DNA of 45,964 nt from an uncultured Dehalococcoidales bacterium (GCA_964552485.1 CAZKHH010000002.1:1-45964), one strand, 5' to 3'. Counted from the stretch's first letter, positions 1-8,885 are shown. Numbers and translations: made by a program. Notes: generated by a model not told the origin, from the sequence alone.

Positions 1-235
1 GAAGCATCAGTCCGGACAAGGGTCCTGCTCCATACCGATAGTTTCGGAGAGACGAGATCCATCGACTCCATGTCGGGAAAGAGAACCGCACCAAGGTCAT
101 GGTGCAAATACCGTCTGGCTACCATTAACTCCGAGAACTTCAGAGAGACAATACTCGCCGCAATCGGCAGGAGCTTCGGCCTATCGCTGCCTGAGAAACA
201 TCACATGCAGGTGGGGAATCGAACGCATTATATGT

Positions 236-264
236 TTGCGCGCGCGAGGCTTTCCTGCTATAGT
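236..264 (+). promoter_or_regulatory. Candidate promoter for the nusA leader (TTGCGC-N17-TATAGT)
   Basis: The -35-like hexamer TTGCGC lies at 236-241 and the -10 hexamer TATAGT at 259-264, with a 17-nt spacer. This arrangement would give a leader of about 80 nt that contains the hairpin at 294-319. The -35 match is weak (3 of 6). Confidence 0.3.
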
Positions 265-293
265 TACTTGGTTTCCCCGAATACGCGCTCAAG

Positions 294-319
294 AAGTGGG
301 TCTCGTGTCCCACTTTTTT
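294..319 (+). terminator. Intrinsic-terminator-like hairpin with a T-tract, 35 nt upstream of the nusA start
   Basis: The 7-bp stem is AAGTGGG (294-300) paired with CCCACTT (309-315), with an 8-nt loop TCTCGTGT. A T run extends to 319 (CCCACTTTTTTA). Confidence 0.5.
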
Positions 320-353
320 ATTGTAGGTACAGGGGAAAGCTGGAAGGAACATA

Positions 354-1862
354 ATGAAGACCGAGTTCATGGCGGCGATTACGCAGTTGGCATCCGAGCG
401 GAATCTTCCCAGGGAGATTATTCTTGAGGCGCTCGAGGCGGCTCTCGTCTCCGCGTACAAGAAGGAAGTGTTCACCGAGGAGCAGGATGTTGCGGTCAAG
501 ATCGACACCCTTTCCGGTGATATCCACGTATATCTTGTAAAGACCGTGGTCGATGAAGTTACCGACCCGGACAATCATATATCGCTTGAAGATGCCCGTA
601 CACTGCGAAAGAACGCTGCGCTCGGCGACGTCATAGAGATCGAGTCTACTCCCAAAGGCGCGGGGCGCATAGCCGCCCAGATAGCGCGACAGGTCGTATT
701 GCAGAGACTTCGTGAAGCCGAGCACCATGCGACCTTTGAGCAGTTCGTGGGTAAGGAAGGTGAAGTGGTCTCGGGCGTCGTTCAGTTCGCACAACCCGGC
801 GCCGTGTACATCAACATCGGGCGGAGGGAGGCCATCCTTCCGGCCTCCGAGCAATTGCCCAACGAGCGATATCACGCGGGACAGCAACTCAAATTCTACC
901 TGTTGCAAACGGCCGCCGAGGGACGCGGACCACGCGTAATGCTCTCACGATCTCATCCGAATCTGGTACGGCGACTGTTTGAAATCGAGATACCAGAGGT
1001 GCACTCCGGCATCGTGGAAATCCGTGCCGTAGCCAGGGACCCCGGCCACAGAAGCAAGGTGGCTGTCTCAAGCACACAGGAGTCCATCGAACCGGTGGGT
1101 TCATGTCTCGGACCCCGCGGCATCCGCCTGCAAAGCATTGTCAATCAGCTCAACGGAGAGAAGATCGATGTCGTGGAGTGGACATCGGATGCGGTCACGT
1201 TCATAGCCAATGCTCTCAATCCGGCCCAGGTGAGTCAAATCGCGCTCAATGACGAAGAGAAGACGGCGACGGTCATTGTCCCCGATAAGCAACTCTCACT
1301 TGCGATTGGAAGAGGCGGTCAGAACGCCCGGCTTGCGGCAAGACTGACAGGCTGGAGAATAGACATCAAGAGCACATCGGCAGCAGAAGCGGAGACCGGC
1401 CCGATGCCCGTAGGAGCGGCTCCCGCATATCAGGAAGTCGTTACGGCGCCTTCCGAAGAGGAACAGGCCGCTACTCCGGAGGTTCTTGAAGCAGCGGAGC
1501 CCGTGGCCGCGACTCCAGAGCAAGAACCAAGCAAAGAAGAGGAGACAAGGCCCACGGCCGAGACGGCGGAGGCAGCAGGGAAGCCCGAGGCCCCGAGCAA
1601 GCCCGAGACTGCCAAACCTGCGGCCAAAGAAACCGCAGCCGCGCCGCAGGAAAAGAAACCGGAGCATAAGGCGCCCAAGGAGCACGAAAGCGAGACACTC
1701 GAAAAGTTGCTCGCAAGCGAAGTCTTCCGATTCGAGTCCGATTCGGGCAAGGAGGAATCCGTATTGCGATTCGCAGAGGACATCTTGCCCAACGCCCGGG
1801 GGGGCGGCGGTAGCCGCAATGACCGCGGTAAGTCAAAGGGCAAGAAGAAGAGGAAGACTTAG
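354..1862 (+). CDS. nusA: Transcription termination/antitermination factor NusA, with a long low-complexity C-terminal tail
   Basis: The N-terminus MKTEFMAAITQLASERNLPREIILEALEAALVSAYKK and the KH-domain motif LSLAIGRGGQNARLAARLTGWRIDIK are typical of NusA. A GGAAGGAA Shine-Dalgarno-like element lies upstream. The gene is followed by ylxR-infB-rbfA in the canonical order. Confidence 0.95.
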   Translation: MKTEFMAAITQLASERNLPREIILEALEAALVSAYKKEVFTEEQDVAVKIDTLSGDIHVYLVKTVVDEVTDPDNHISLEDARTLRKNAALGDVIEIESTPKGAGRIAAQIARQVVLQRLREAEHHATFEQFVGKEGEVVSGVVQFAQPGAVYINIGRREAILPASEQLPNERYHAGQQLKFYLLQTAAEGRGPRVMLSRSHPNLVRRLFEIEIPEVHSGIVEIRAVARDPGHRSKVAVSSTQESIEPVGSCLGPRGIRLQSIVNQLNGEKIDVVEWTSDAVTFIANALNPAQVSQIALNDEEKTATVIVPDKQLSLAIGRGGQNARLAARLTGWRIDIKSTSAAEAETGPMPVGAAPAYQEVVTAPSEEEQAATPEVLEAAEPVAATPEQEPSKEEETRPTAETAEAAGKPEAPSKPETAKPAAKETAAAPQEKKPEHKAPKEHESETLEKLLASEVFRFESDSGKEESVLRFAEDILPNARGGGGSRNDRGKSKGKKKRKT

Positions 1863-1876
1863 CCCGAAGCGAACAG

Positions 1877-2161
1877 ATGGCTAGCGGGAATGTACCGTAC
1901 AGAACATGTATCGCGTGTAGCGCGCGCAAAGACAAGCGTTCGCTGATACGCATCGTGCGGACACCAGAGTCGGGAATCAGTGTAGGCGCGACAGGACGTC
2001 AGAGCGGCCGCGGTGCATATCTTTGTCCGTCACGAGAGTGCTGGGAGAGAGGCCTCAAGGGTGGTCGAATAGAGCGAGCGCTCAGAACACGTTTGACCGA
2101 CGATGAGAGGCAGTCCCTGCTAGAATACGCCTACAGGTTAAAGGAGTCCCAACAAGTATGA
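1877..2161 (+). CDS. ylxR: YlxR/RnpM family (DUF448) RNA-binding protein
   Basis: The motifs RTCIACSARKDKRSLIRIV and GRGAYLC are present in a 94-aa protein located between nusA and infB. Its stop codon overlaps the infB ATG (ATGA at 2158-2161). Confidence 0.85.
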   Translation: MASGNVPYRTCIACSARKDKRSLIRIVRTPESGISVGATGRQSGRGAYLCPSRECWERGLKGGRIERALRTRLTDDERQSLLEYAYRLKESQQV

Positions 2162-3975
2162 GAAGACCGACATCCAGGACGCGCAGGAAGAAGAACACGG
2201 AGACGCGTGCGGCTCCACGATGGGCCGAACCGTCCCGTCCTGCCACCACCCCTCAGGTGGAACTCGAAGAAGCGTCCATGTCAGTCAAGCAGTTGGCCGA
2301 CAAGCTTCACGTTGAACCCGCTCGCGCGGTCAAGCAGTTCATGCGACGCGGGATGATGGTGAACCTGAACGACATCGTTGACTTCGAAACAGCGGCACGA
2401 ATCGCTCAGGACCTCGGATTCCAGGTGCTGGTTCGCAAGCAGCAGGCTGGCGGTGTCCGTAAGACCGGCAAGAGAGAAACAGGCCTGGAACCTCGCCCAC
2501 CAGTAGTGACCATCATGGGTCACGTCGACCACGGAAAGACCACGCTCCTGGACACAATTCGCAAAGCGAACGTAACGGCTGGTGAAGCTGGAGCAATCAC
2601 TCAGCATATAGGCGCGTACCAGAATGTGGTCGATGGCCGACCTATCACCTTCCTCGACACGCCGGGGCACCATGCATTCACGGAGATGAGAGCGCGTGGC
2701 GCCCATGCAACTGACATCGTAGTACTCGTCGTGGCAGCCGATGATGGTGTTATGCCCCAGACTCGCGAGGCAATCGACCATGCCAAGGCGGCTGGCGTAC
2801 CCATCGTAGTGGCTATCAACAAGATGGATAGGCCCGAGGCCAATATCGACAAGACGAAGCAGCAGCTTGCAGACGCCGGACTACTGATAGAAGAGTGGGG
2901 GGGAGACACGATTTCCATCCCGATATCAGCCCAAACAGGCGACGGTGTGCCTGATCTTCTAGAAAACCTGTTTCTGGTGGCGGAGATAGCCGAGTTTACA
3001 GCGGACCCGACAGGCAACGCTGAAGGCGTCGTTATCGAAGCCAAGCTCGACAAAGCACGCGGCTCTCTCGCGACACTTCTGGTCCAGCAGGGAACCCTGA
3101 AGCCGGGAGAGGTAGTTCTGGCAGGGTCGGCATGGGGCAGAATCAAGGCGATGTTCAATGACCTTGGCGAGCGGGTTGAATCCGCTGGCCCATCGACACC
3201 CGTTGAGGTTCTTGGCTTGACCGGTGTTCCACTTGCCGGCGAATTATTCAGAGTACTTGACGACGAGAAAGCAGCCCGGTCCATCGCCGAGGAGCGACAA
3301 CAGGCAACCATCAGTTCCTCCAGAGTCAGCCTGAGCAGCCTATCGAGCCAGATAGGTGAAGGCCAGATCAAGGAACTGCCCGTGGTAATCAAGACTGACG
3401 TCCAAGGCAGTATCGAACCCATCCGCTCCAGCCTTGAAGGACTTGGAAGCGATGAAGCGCGCGTCAAGATAATCCGCGCAGCCAGCGGCCCCATCACCGA
3501 AGAGGATGTCTTCCTTGCGTCTGCCGATAAAGGCATTATCCTCGGATTCAACGCTAAGACGGCTCCGGGTGCCCAACAGGTCGCGGACCGCGAGGGTGTA
3601 GGAATCCAGCGTTATGAAATCATATACCGCCTTGAGGAAGACATGGCCGAAGCACTCAAGGGCATGCTCATGCCGCAATTCATCGACGTGCTTGGCGGAA
3701 GAGCAGAAGTGCGGGCCGTTTTCTCCGCCGGCAAGCAAGCCAGAATAGCCGGTGCATACGTATTGGAAGGCCGAGTGTGGCGCGGTGCCCACAAGGTAAA
3801 GGTCGTCCGGGGCAACGAGGTCGTTTCGGAGCCACGCATCGTCAGCCTCCGGCGTTTCAAAGACAACGTCAACGAGGTGCCGGCTGGAATGGAATGCGGC
3901 ATTGGATTGGACCCGTTCGGGGATACTCAGGTCGGGGACATCATCGAGCTTTACCGACGCGAGAAGAACAGCTAA
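2158..3975 (+). CDS. infB: Translation initiation factor IF-2 (short N-terminal region)
   Basis: The GTPase motifs GHVDHGKTTLLD, DTPGH and NKMD are present, followed by IF-2 C-terminal domains. An IF2_N-like segment (SVKQLADKLHV) is also present. An internal Met at 2278 is an alternative start. Confidence 0.95.
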   Translation: MRRPTSRTRRKKNTETRAAPRWAEPSRPATTPQVELEEASMSVKQLADKLHVEPARAVKQFMRRGMMVNLNDIVDFETAARIAQDLGFQVLVRKQQAGGVRKTGKRETGLEPRPPVVTIMGHVDHGKTTLLDTIRKANVTAGEAGAITQHIGAYQNVVDGRPITFLDTPGHHAFTEMRARGAHATDIVVLVVAADDGVMPQTREAIDHAKAAGVPIVVAINKMDRPEANIDKTKQQLADAGLLIEEWGGDTISIPISAQTGDGVPDLLENLFLVAEIAEFTADPTGNAEGVVIEAKLDKARGSLATLLVQQGTLKPGEVVLAGSAWGRIKAMFNDLGERVESAGPSTPVEVLGLTGVPLAGELFRVLDDEKAARSIAEERQQATISSSRVSLSSLSSQIGEGQIKELPVVIKTDVQGSIEPIRSSLEGLGSDEARVKIIRAASGPITEEDVFLASADKGIILGFNAKTAPGAQQVADREGVGIQRYEIIYRLEEDMAEALKGMLMPQFIDVLGGRAEVRAVFSAGKQARIAGAYVLEGRVWRGAHKVKVVRGNEVVSEPRIVSLRRFKDNVNEVPAGMECGIGLDPFGDTQVGDIIELYRREKNS

Positions 3976-4022
3976 GAGGCAAGACAAGGTTGCTCACCGG
4001 GAGTGGCCACGGGAATTATGGT

Positions 4023-4370
4023 GTGTCAAGACGTACAGAGCGACTCAATCGAGCCATCCAGGAAGAGATCAGCAGGCTCCTCGAGAAGCAGGTTCAGGAT
4101 CCCAGGCTTTCGAGCCTCATATCGATAACCGGGGTATCAATCACCGAGGACCTCCGGCATGTGCGCGTCTTCGTCAGCGTGATGGGAGATGAAGAGACCC
4201 GCGCACAGGCCCTCCAGGGTTTCAGAGCTGCATCGGGTTACATACGCAGAGAAGTGTCAACGAACCTGAGGATGCGCCACGCCCCCGAGTTCGCGTTCGT
4301 TTACGACGACTCAATCGAACGCGGCAGCAAAATCCTTCAGATGCTCGATCGGCTCAATACCGAAGAGTAG
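4023..4370 (+). CDS. rbfA: Ribosome-binding factor A
   Basis: The sequence RRTERLNRAIQEEISRLLEKQVQDPRL...VSITEDLRHVRVFVSV is typical of RbfA. I chose the GTG at 4023 because the longer frame from 3777 overlaps the end of infB and looks non-coding there. Confidence 0.88.
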   Translation: MSRRTERLNRAIQEEISRLLEKQVQDPRLSSLISITGVSITEDLRHVRVFVSVMGDEETRAQALQGFRAASGYIRREVSTNLRMRHAPEFAFVYDDSIERGSKILQMLDRLNTEE

Positions 4371-4375
4371 GTCTC

Positions 4376-5803
4376 CTATTCCACTCCGCACAGTCTGCAG
4401 GCCGCTTTCTGCTTGCTATTCAGATTCGTCTGCCGGGCAATCATGATGCGCTGCGCCTGCGGAGAGCCCGCACCATGCATCGATTCCGGCAGATAGCATG
4501 CCGCCCCCATGCCCATTGTCAGACTTTCAATGAGCCTCAGCACCCGTATCCGATTCTCCGATGGCACCTCAGGGACCCCCTTCATGTACTTATCCACCCA
4601 GTGCCCCACTTCAGGATGCCGGAGGTCCTTCTCAGATGGAATCGTTACAACTGCCCCACCCGCAATTTCCTGGGACATCTTTGCAAGCTCATATGGCACA
4701 CGTGTCACATGCAGTTTAGTGATATTGGCCATCAAGGGATTGACATAGTAGGTGCCGGAGGGCTCGACTGCGCCCTCGTGCGCACAAGCCAGGCTGCAAC
4801 AGAAGATGGTCTCGTTCAGGTGGTTCATTTCAACTATCTTGTCGCGAACATGCGGGGCGTCGGCGATGCCGTTGTACTCGGCTATAGTCTGCGTTGCACC
4901 AATCAGCACATCCCCCATACCTGACTTGCAGGCATAGCTCTGCCGGTGGTACGAAGCGAACTTCTCTACAAGTTCCTGCGCAAATTCGTACTCGCGATAC
5001 ATGAAGACCCGCTCCCAGGGAACAAATACATCGTCAAATACCGTCAGACACTCGTGTCCGCCATAGTGAAGGTTGCCTACGTCGAGCGTGGCGCCTTCTA
5101 ATTTGCGAGTGTCGCTGGGCTGGCGGCCGTAGATATAGATGATTCCCTTTGTGTCGCTGGGCAGTGCAAAAGAAATGGCGTAGTCCTTGTCCTCTTCCCT
5201 CATAGCGCGTGTCGGGACGACGATTATCTCGTGCGAGTTGAGGGCTCCTGTCTGATGCAGTTTGGCGCCGCGCACGATGATTCCGCCTTCTACCTCACGC
5301 ATCACATGCGTATACATGTCAGGGTCGATTTGTTGTGCAGGCCGCAGTCGGCGGTCACCCTTCGCATCGGTCATAGCTGCATCGCATATCAGGTCTTCAT
5401 CCTGAACATACTGAAGATACTTGAGAAAGCGCTGATAGTACGGCGTACCGTGCTTCAGATCGATGTCATACGTCACCACTGATAGCGTATTGAGGGCATC
5501 CATCCCGGCGCAGCGCTGAAAGCATGTCCCCGTGTACGCTCCCATGAGCCGCTCCATCTTTGACTTCTTCACAAGGTCGTCTGTGCTCTGGTGAATATGA
5601 GTGAAGCGGTTGATGCGGCTACCGCTCAGGTGCGACGTGGCCGTCATAATCTCTCCCTGGGCGAGTTCATATGTCGCTGCCACCGCGTTCATGGACGGTC
5701 TGACGACTGGATTGTCAGCGATGTTCGTCAGACGCTCGCCGAACATGTAGACCTCCGGATTGAGCTTCCGAATGCTGTCGAAGTATTCGTCACGTGTCTT
5801 CAT
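4376..5803 (-). CDS. abfD: 4-hydroxybutyryl-CoA dehydratase / vinylacetyl-CoA delta-isomerase
   Basis: The 475-aa protein is colinear, from my memory, with Clostridium aminobutyricum AbfD. Shared segments include YMFGE, the AxTYELAQ segment (here VAATYELAQ), INRF..xHQSTDD (here INRFTHIHQSTDD), CFQRC, AMTDxKGDR (here AMTDAKGDR), RGAKxHQTG (here RGAKLHQTG), YHRQSY.C, HLNET and the C-terminal ESMHGAGSPQAQRIMIARQ. Confidence 0.85.
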   Translation of the reverse strand: MKTRDEYFDSIRKLNPEVYMFGERLTNIADNPVVRPSMNAVAATYELAQGEIMTATSHLSGSRINRFTHIHQSTDDLVKKSKMERLMGAYTGTCFQRCAGMDALNTLSVVTYDIDLKHGTPYYQRFLKYLQYVQDEDLICDAAMTDAKGDRRLRPAQQIDPDMYTHVMREVEGGIIVRGAKLHQTGALNSHEIIVVPTRAMREEDKDYAISFALPSDTKGIIYIYGRQPSDTRKLEGATLDVGNLHYGGHECLTVFDDVFVPWERVFMYREYEFAQELVEKFASYHRQSYACKSGMGDVLIGATQTIAEYNGIADAPHVRDKIVEMNHLNETIFCCSLACAHEGAVEPSGTYYVNPLMANITKLHVTRVPYELAKMSQEIAGGAVVTIPSEKDLRHPEVGHWVDKYMKGVPEVPSENRIRVLRLIESLTMGMGAACYLPESMHGAGSPQAQRIMIARQTNLNSKQKAACRLCGVE

Positions 5804-5884
5804 GCACTCATTACCTCCAAATGGAAATGCGGCAGAATGCGGGAACCACCTAAGGGTACTACAAGGACACAGAGTCGGGCGAGC

Positions 5885-5917
5885 AAAAGTCGGGGCCGGT
5901 GTAGGCTCACCGGCCCC
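5885..5917 (-). terminator. Rho-independent terminator downstream of the acyl-CoA dehydrogenase gene
   Basis: A perfect 10-bp stem pairs GGGGCCGGTG (5892-5901) with CACCGGCCCC (5908-5917) around a 6-nt loop. On the minus strand the hairpin is followed by GACTTTTGC. Confidence 0.6.
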
Positions 5918-5947
5918 GTGCCAGGTTCGAAACGTGAGACGGCGTCG

Positions 5948-7084
5948 TCAGCGCAACAGATCGCGCGCGATGACCATACGCTGCACCTCGGATGTACCCT
6001 CGTATATCTCGGTGAGTTTGGCATCACGGAAGTATCTCTGCATTGGTGAATCCATCATGTACCCGTAGCCACCAAAGATCTGAATACCCTTCGTCGCGAT
6101 ATCCATGGCGGCCTCGCTCGCAACCAGCTTGGCCATAGATGCTGCCTTCACAGGATTGCCGCCCTCGTCCATTATCCGCGCCGCTTTGTACATGAGGAGT
6201 CTTGCAGACTCGATCCTGCAGGCCATATCTACGAGCATCCACTGGATAGCCTGGTTCTCCGCTATGGGCTTGCCAAACTGTTTTCGTTCCTTCGAGTACT
6301 CAACACAGCGGTCGAGGACCGCCTGTGCGATGCCGATGGCCTGGCACGCGATGCCGATCCGGCCCTCATCAAGGGTACCCAGACAAATCTTCATGCCCTT
6401 GCCCTCGTCACCGAGGCGATTTGCCGCAGGCACTCTGACATTGTCGAATATCAGTTCAGCATTTCCGGCTGCCCTCATCCCTAGCTTTTCATATTGGGGC
6501 CCCACGGTGAAACCGGGCATGTCCGCCTCAACGATGAACGCAGTCATTCCGCGGGGTGCCAATTCGGGAATCGCGGCAAACACCACAACGGTGTCGCACT
6601 TCGTGGCATTGGTTATGAAAAGCTTGGACCCATTAATGATGTAGTCGTCGCCGTCGCGCGTAGCGGTGGTCTTGATATTGGCGATGTCGCTTCCAGCCTC
6701 CGCCTCGGTAATAGCGAACGCGCCGACCTTCTCTCCGCTGCAAAGCGGTGGCAGGTGCTTCTCCCGCTGCTCTTCGTTTCCGTACAGATAGATGGGCCGA
6801 GCGCACAGGCTGAGATGGGCATCAACAATGTCACATGTTGAGGCGCATGCCCGGGCGAGCTCTTCCATGACAATGGAAAGGGACATGATATCGCCCCCAC
6901 TACCCCCATATTCGGCAGGGATTGCGAGACCCGTGAAGCCAACTTCCGCCAACTTCTTGAAATTGTCCATCGCGAACACTTCTGCTTTGTCTACGGCATC
7001 GGCCACCGGCTCGATCTCATTCTTTGCAAACTCACGGGCGGTTGCCTGGAGCATCTGTTCAGCCTCAGTCAGATGGAAATCCAT
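5948..7084 (-). CDS. Acyl-CoA dehydrogenase (short/medium-chain type)
   Basis: The 378-aa protein has typical ACAD segments: AIPAEYGGSGGD, GAFAITEAEAGSD, and C-terminal IYEGTSEVQRMVIARDLL containing the catalytic Glu context. Confidence 0.9.
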   Translation of the reverse strand: MDFHLTEAEQMLQATAREFAKNEIEPVADAVDKAEVFAMDNFKKLAEVGFTGLAIPAEYGGSGGDIMSLSIVMEELARACASTCDIVDAHLSLCARPIYLYGNEEQREKHLPPLCSGEKVGAFAITEAEAGSDIANIKTTATRDGDDYIINGSKLFITNATKCDTVVVFAAIPELAPRGMTAFIVEADMPGFTVGPQYEKLGMRAAGNAELIFDNVRVPAANRLGDEGKGMKICLGTLDEGRIGIACQAIGIAQAVLDRCVEYSKERKQFGKPIAENQAIQWMLVDMACRIESARLLMYKAARIMDEGGNPVKAASMAKLVASEAAMDIATKGIQIFGGYGYMMDSPMQRYFRDAKLTEIYEGTSEVQRMVIARDLLR

Positions 7085-7162
7085 AGAGCTATCCTCCTTC
7101 TCGACAGTGCGCTGTCAAGGCGTAGTCTATCGTCTTTCGGTCCGGGTGGGAATCCCGCACTA

Positions 7163-7981
7163 TCACCACGTATCATCCGTCTCGAGATGGAAACGTGGAT
7201 TGCGCTTCTCCCTGTACGCGGCCAATCCTTCGTCAATATCCCTCGTCGACAGATAGAACGCCTGAACGAGTTCCGGCTCGAGCGCAGCCAGATCGGCGCT
7301 CTGTGCAACCGTCGCGGCGTTAATCATACGCTTGACGATACGAAGGGCGGTGGGCCCCTTATCTGACAACTTTCGCACAAGCGCCAGTGAGGCTTCCATG
7401 AGCTCGCACAAGGGCACTACCTGATGCGTCAAACCAATATCCTTCGCTTCCTGTGCGGGTACCGGGTCGCAGGTCATAATCATCCTGCGAGCGTGGGCCG
7501 GACCAACAAGTGCTAGAAGCGGATACAGGCAACTGACCGAATACCCGATACCGATAGCCGTTTCCGGAATGCTGTAGTACGCAGTCTCCGCAGTGATACG
7601 GAAGTCACAACAGGTCACAAGGCCAAGGCCAAGCCCCACACATGGCCCATTCACCGCCGCGATGGTGATCTGATGCAAATCGGTCCACTTCTTGACAAGT
7701 ATCTGGCCGCTCTCCTGAAACACTCGTTCGTTCGGCTGCCGCTCTGCATACCATGCCTGCCGCCCCTTTTCAGTTACATCGATGCCCGAGCAGAAGGCCC
7801 TTCCCGCACCTGTCACGATGACGAATCTGATACCCGTATCCAGGCGCAGCTCATCCACAATGTCACTGAATTCGTACAGCATCTCGATATTGAAAGCGTT
7901 CAGGGTGTCAGGTCTATCGAGTTTTATGATGGTCAGTTCACCGGTCCTCTCGAGGGTGAAATACTTGTAGTTGCGTGACAC
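7163..7981 (-). CDS. Enoyl-CoA hydratase/isomerase (crotonase) family protein
   Basis: Crotonase-fold motifs are present (LNAFN, VIVTGAGRAFCSGIDV, AAVNGPCVGLG). The gene starts with GTG and has an AAGGAG Shine-Dalgarno element 7 nt upstream. Confidence 0.85.
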   Translation of the reverse strand: MSRNYKYFTLERTGELTIIKLDRPDTLNAFNIEMLYEFSDIVDELRLDTGIRFVIVTGAGRAFCSGIDVTEKGRQAWYAERQPNERVFQESGQILVKKWTDLHQITIAAVNGPCVGLGLGLVTCCDFRITAETAYYSIPETAIGIGYSVSCLYPLLALVGPAHARRMIMTCDPVPAQEAKDIGLTHQVVPLCELMEASLALVRKLSDKGPTALRIVKRMINAATVAQSADLAALEPELVQAFYLSTRDIDEGLAAYREKRNPRFHLETDDTW

Positions 7982-8237
7982 GGAGAAGCTCCTTTCTTAC
8001 TGAAGAGATAGAACAAGTACGGACAACGCCATTCCCAACGCGAATAGCGGCAAGCGGCATTGAACCAGAAACGGGTACGAGTGTCCAATGGACCAGCACT
8101 GAGCGCAGGCTCGATCGTGTCGTCGGGCACGAAGCCTTTACAGCGCAGCAGCGAAGTGATAGCGTACATCTGGTTGCGTGCTCGTCGCGATGCACGCGTC
8201 TGTACTGTCCATTTTTCACAAGGAGGAACCCCACCAC

Positions 8238-8813
8238 ATGGCGAAACGACTCGAGAGGCAATACGAACACGGCACCCACGTAGCCGAGTACGTGGACGAG
8301 ATGCCACCTCTGGGAGAGGACAGGAAGACCATCTTCCTTCCGGACACTGATGTATTCAAGATGGTAGAGCTCGGAGGACGAACCCTGGGCATATTCCTGA
8401 CAGAAGTACTCGCGCCGCTGGCCGAGAAGTATGGCGAGGACGTATGGGAGATCGGCAGGAAGGCCATGTATGAGGTAGGCCAGCGCCGCGCAGCGACGAT
8501 GCAGAAGCGCATGAAGATCGACGATCTTTCGGATGCGCGTTGTCTTGGCCGAATCATGGACCTGGAAGACAACAACGCCGGAGTGCGCGGGGAATGGGTT
8601 GAGTATGGCAAGAAGCGTGCGGTGAAGCACGAGTACGAATGTTCGCAAGCCAAGCCGTACGAGAGATGCCCGAAGATATGCACGGTTTTGCTGGAAGCAA
8701 TGGAAGAAGGCACCTTTGATGCCCTTGGTGTCAAGGTGAAGAAACCCATCATCACACAGGTCCTTCCAGAAGGGGCACCGTATTGTGAGGTCGTAGTCGA
8801 ACTCGAGGAATAG
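8238..8813 (+). CDS. Hypothetical Cys-containing protein, possibly of the L-2-amino-thiazoline-4-carboxylate hydrolase-like (ATC_hydrolase) family
   Basis: An AGGAGG Shine-Dalgarno element at 8221-8226 precedes the ATG at 8238. The composition is balanced. The C-terminal pattern C..(7)..RCPKICTVLLEAMEEGTFDALGV...LPEGAPYCEVVVE resembles that family, from my memory only. Confidence 0.55.
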   Translation: MAKRLERQYEHGTHVAEYVDEMPPLGEDRKTIFLPDTDVFKMVELGGRTLGIFLTEVLAPLAEKYGEDVWEIGRKAMYEVGQRRAATMQKRMKIDDLSDARCLGRIMDLEDNNAGVRGEWVEYGKKRAVKHEYECSQAKPYERCPKICTVLLEAMEEGTFDALGVKVKKPIITQVLPEGAPYCEVVVELEE

Positions 8814-8835
8814 TGCCTCGTTTTCCTGGAAATGC

Positions 8836-8866
8836 AACGGGGTCCGCCTCGCGCGGACCCCGTTTT
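8836..8866 (+). terminator. Terminator hairpin between convergent genes
   Basis: A 12-bp stem pairs AACGGGGTCCGC (8836-8847) with GCGGACCCCGTT (8853-8864) around a 5-nt loop, followed by TTTTC on the plus strand. It lies between the gene ending at 8813 (+) and the gene ending at 8886 (-). Confidence 0.65.
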
Positions 8867-8885
8867 CTGTCTTCAGTGCTGCTGT

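Noticed and set aside
205-290. A GGGGAATCGAACGC segment resembles the reverse complement of a tRNA T-arm. A GGTTCGAAAC segment occurs near 5925.
   Set aside because: The flanking bases cannot form T-stem, acceptor or anticodon helices, so no cloverleaf can be drawn.
70-354. A 94-aa ORF lies directly upstream of nusA and overlaps its ATG by TAATG. It could have been rimP.
   Set aside because: The sequence has no resemblance to RimP, has poor composition (Cys, Trp, Arg and Ser-rich), and contains a terminator-type hairpin with a T-tract. It is treated as non-coding leader.
7938-8837. A 299-aa minus-strand ORF covers the 7982-8237 spacer and the whole 8238-8813 gene.
   Set aside because: The plus-strand frame has an AGGAGG Shine-Dalgarno element, a balanced composition, a family-like Cys pattern and a terminator. 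The minus-strand frame is Leu/Arg/His-rich and has no start context.
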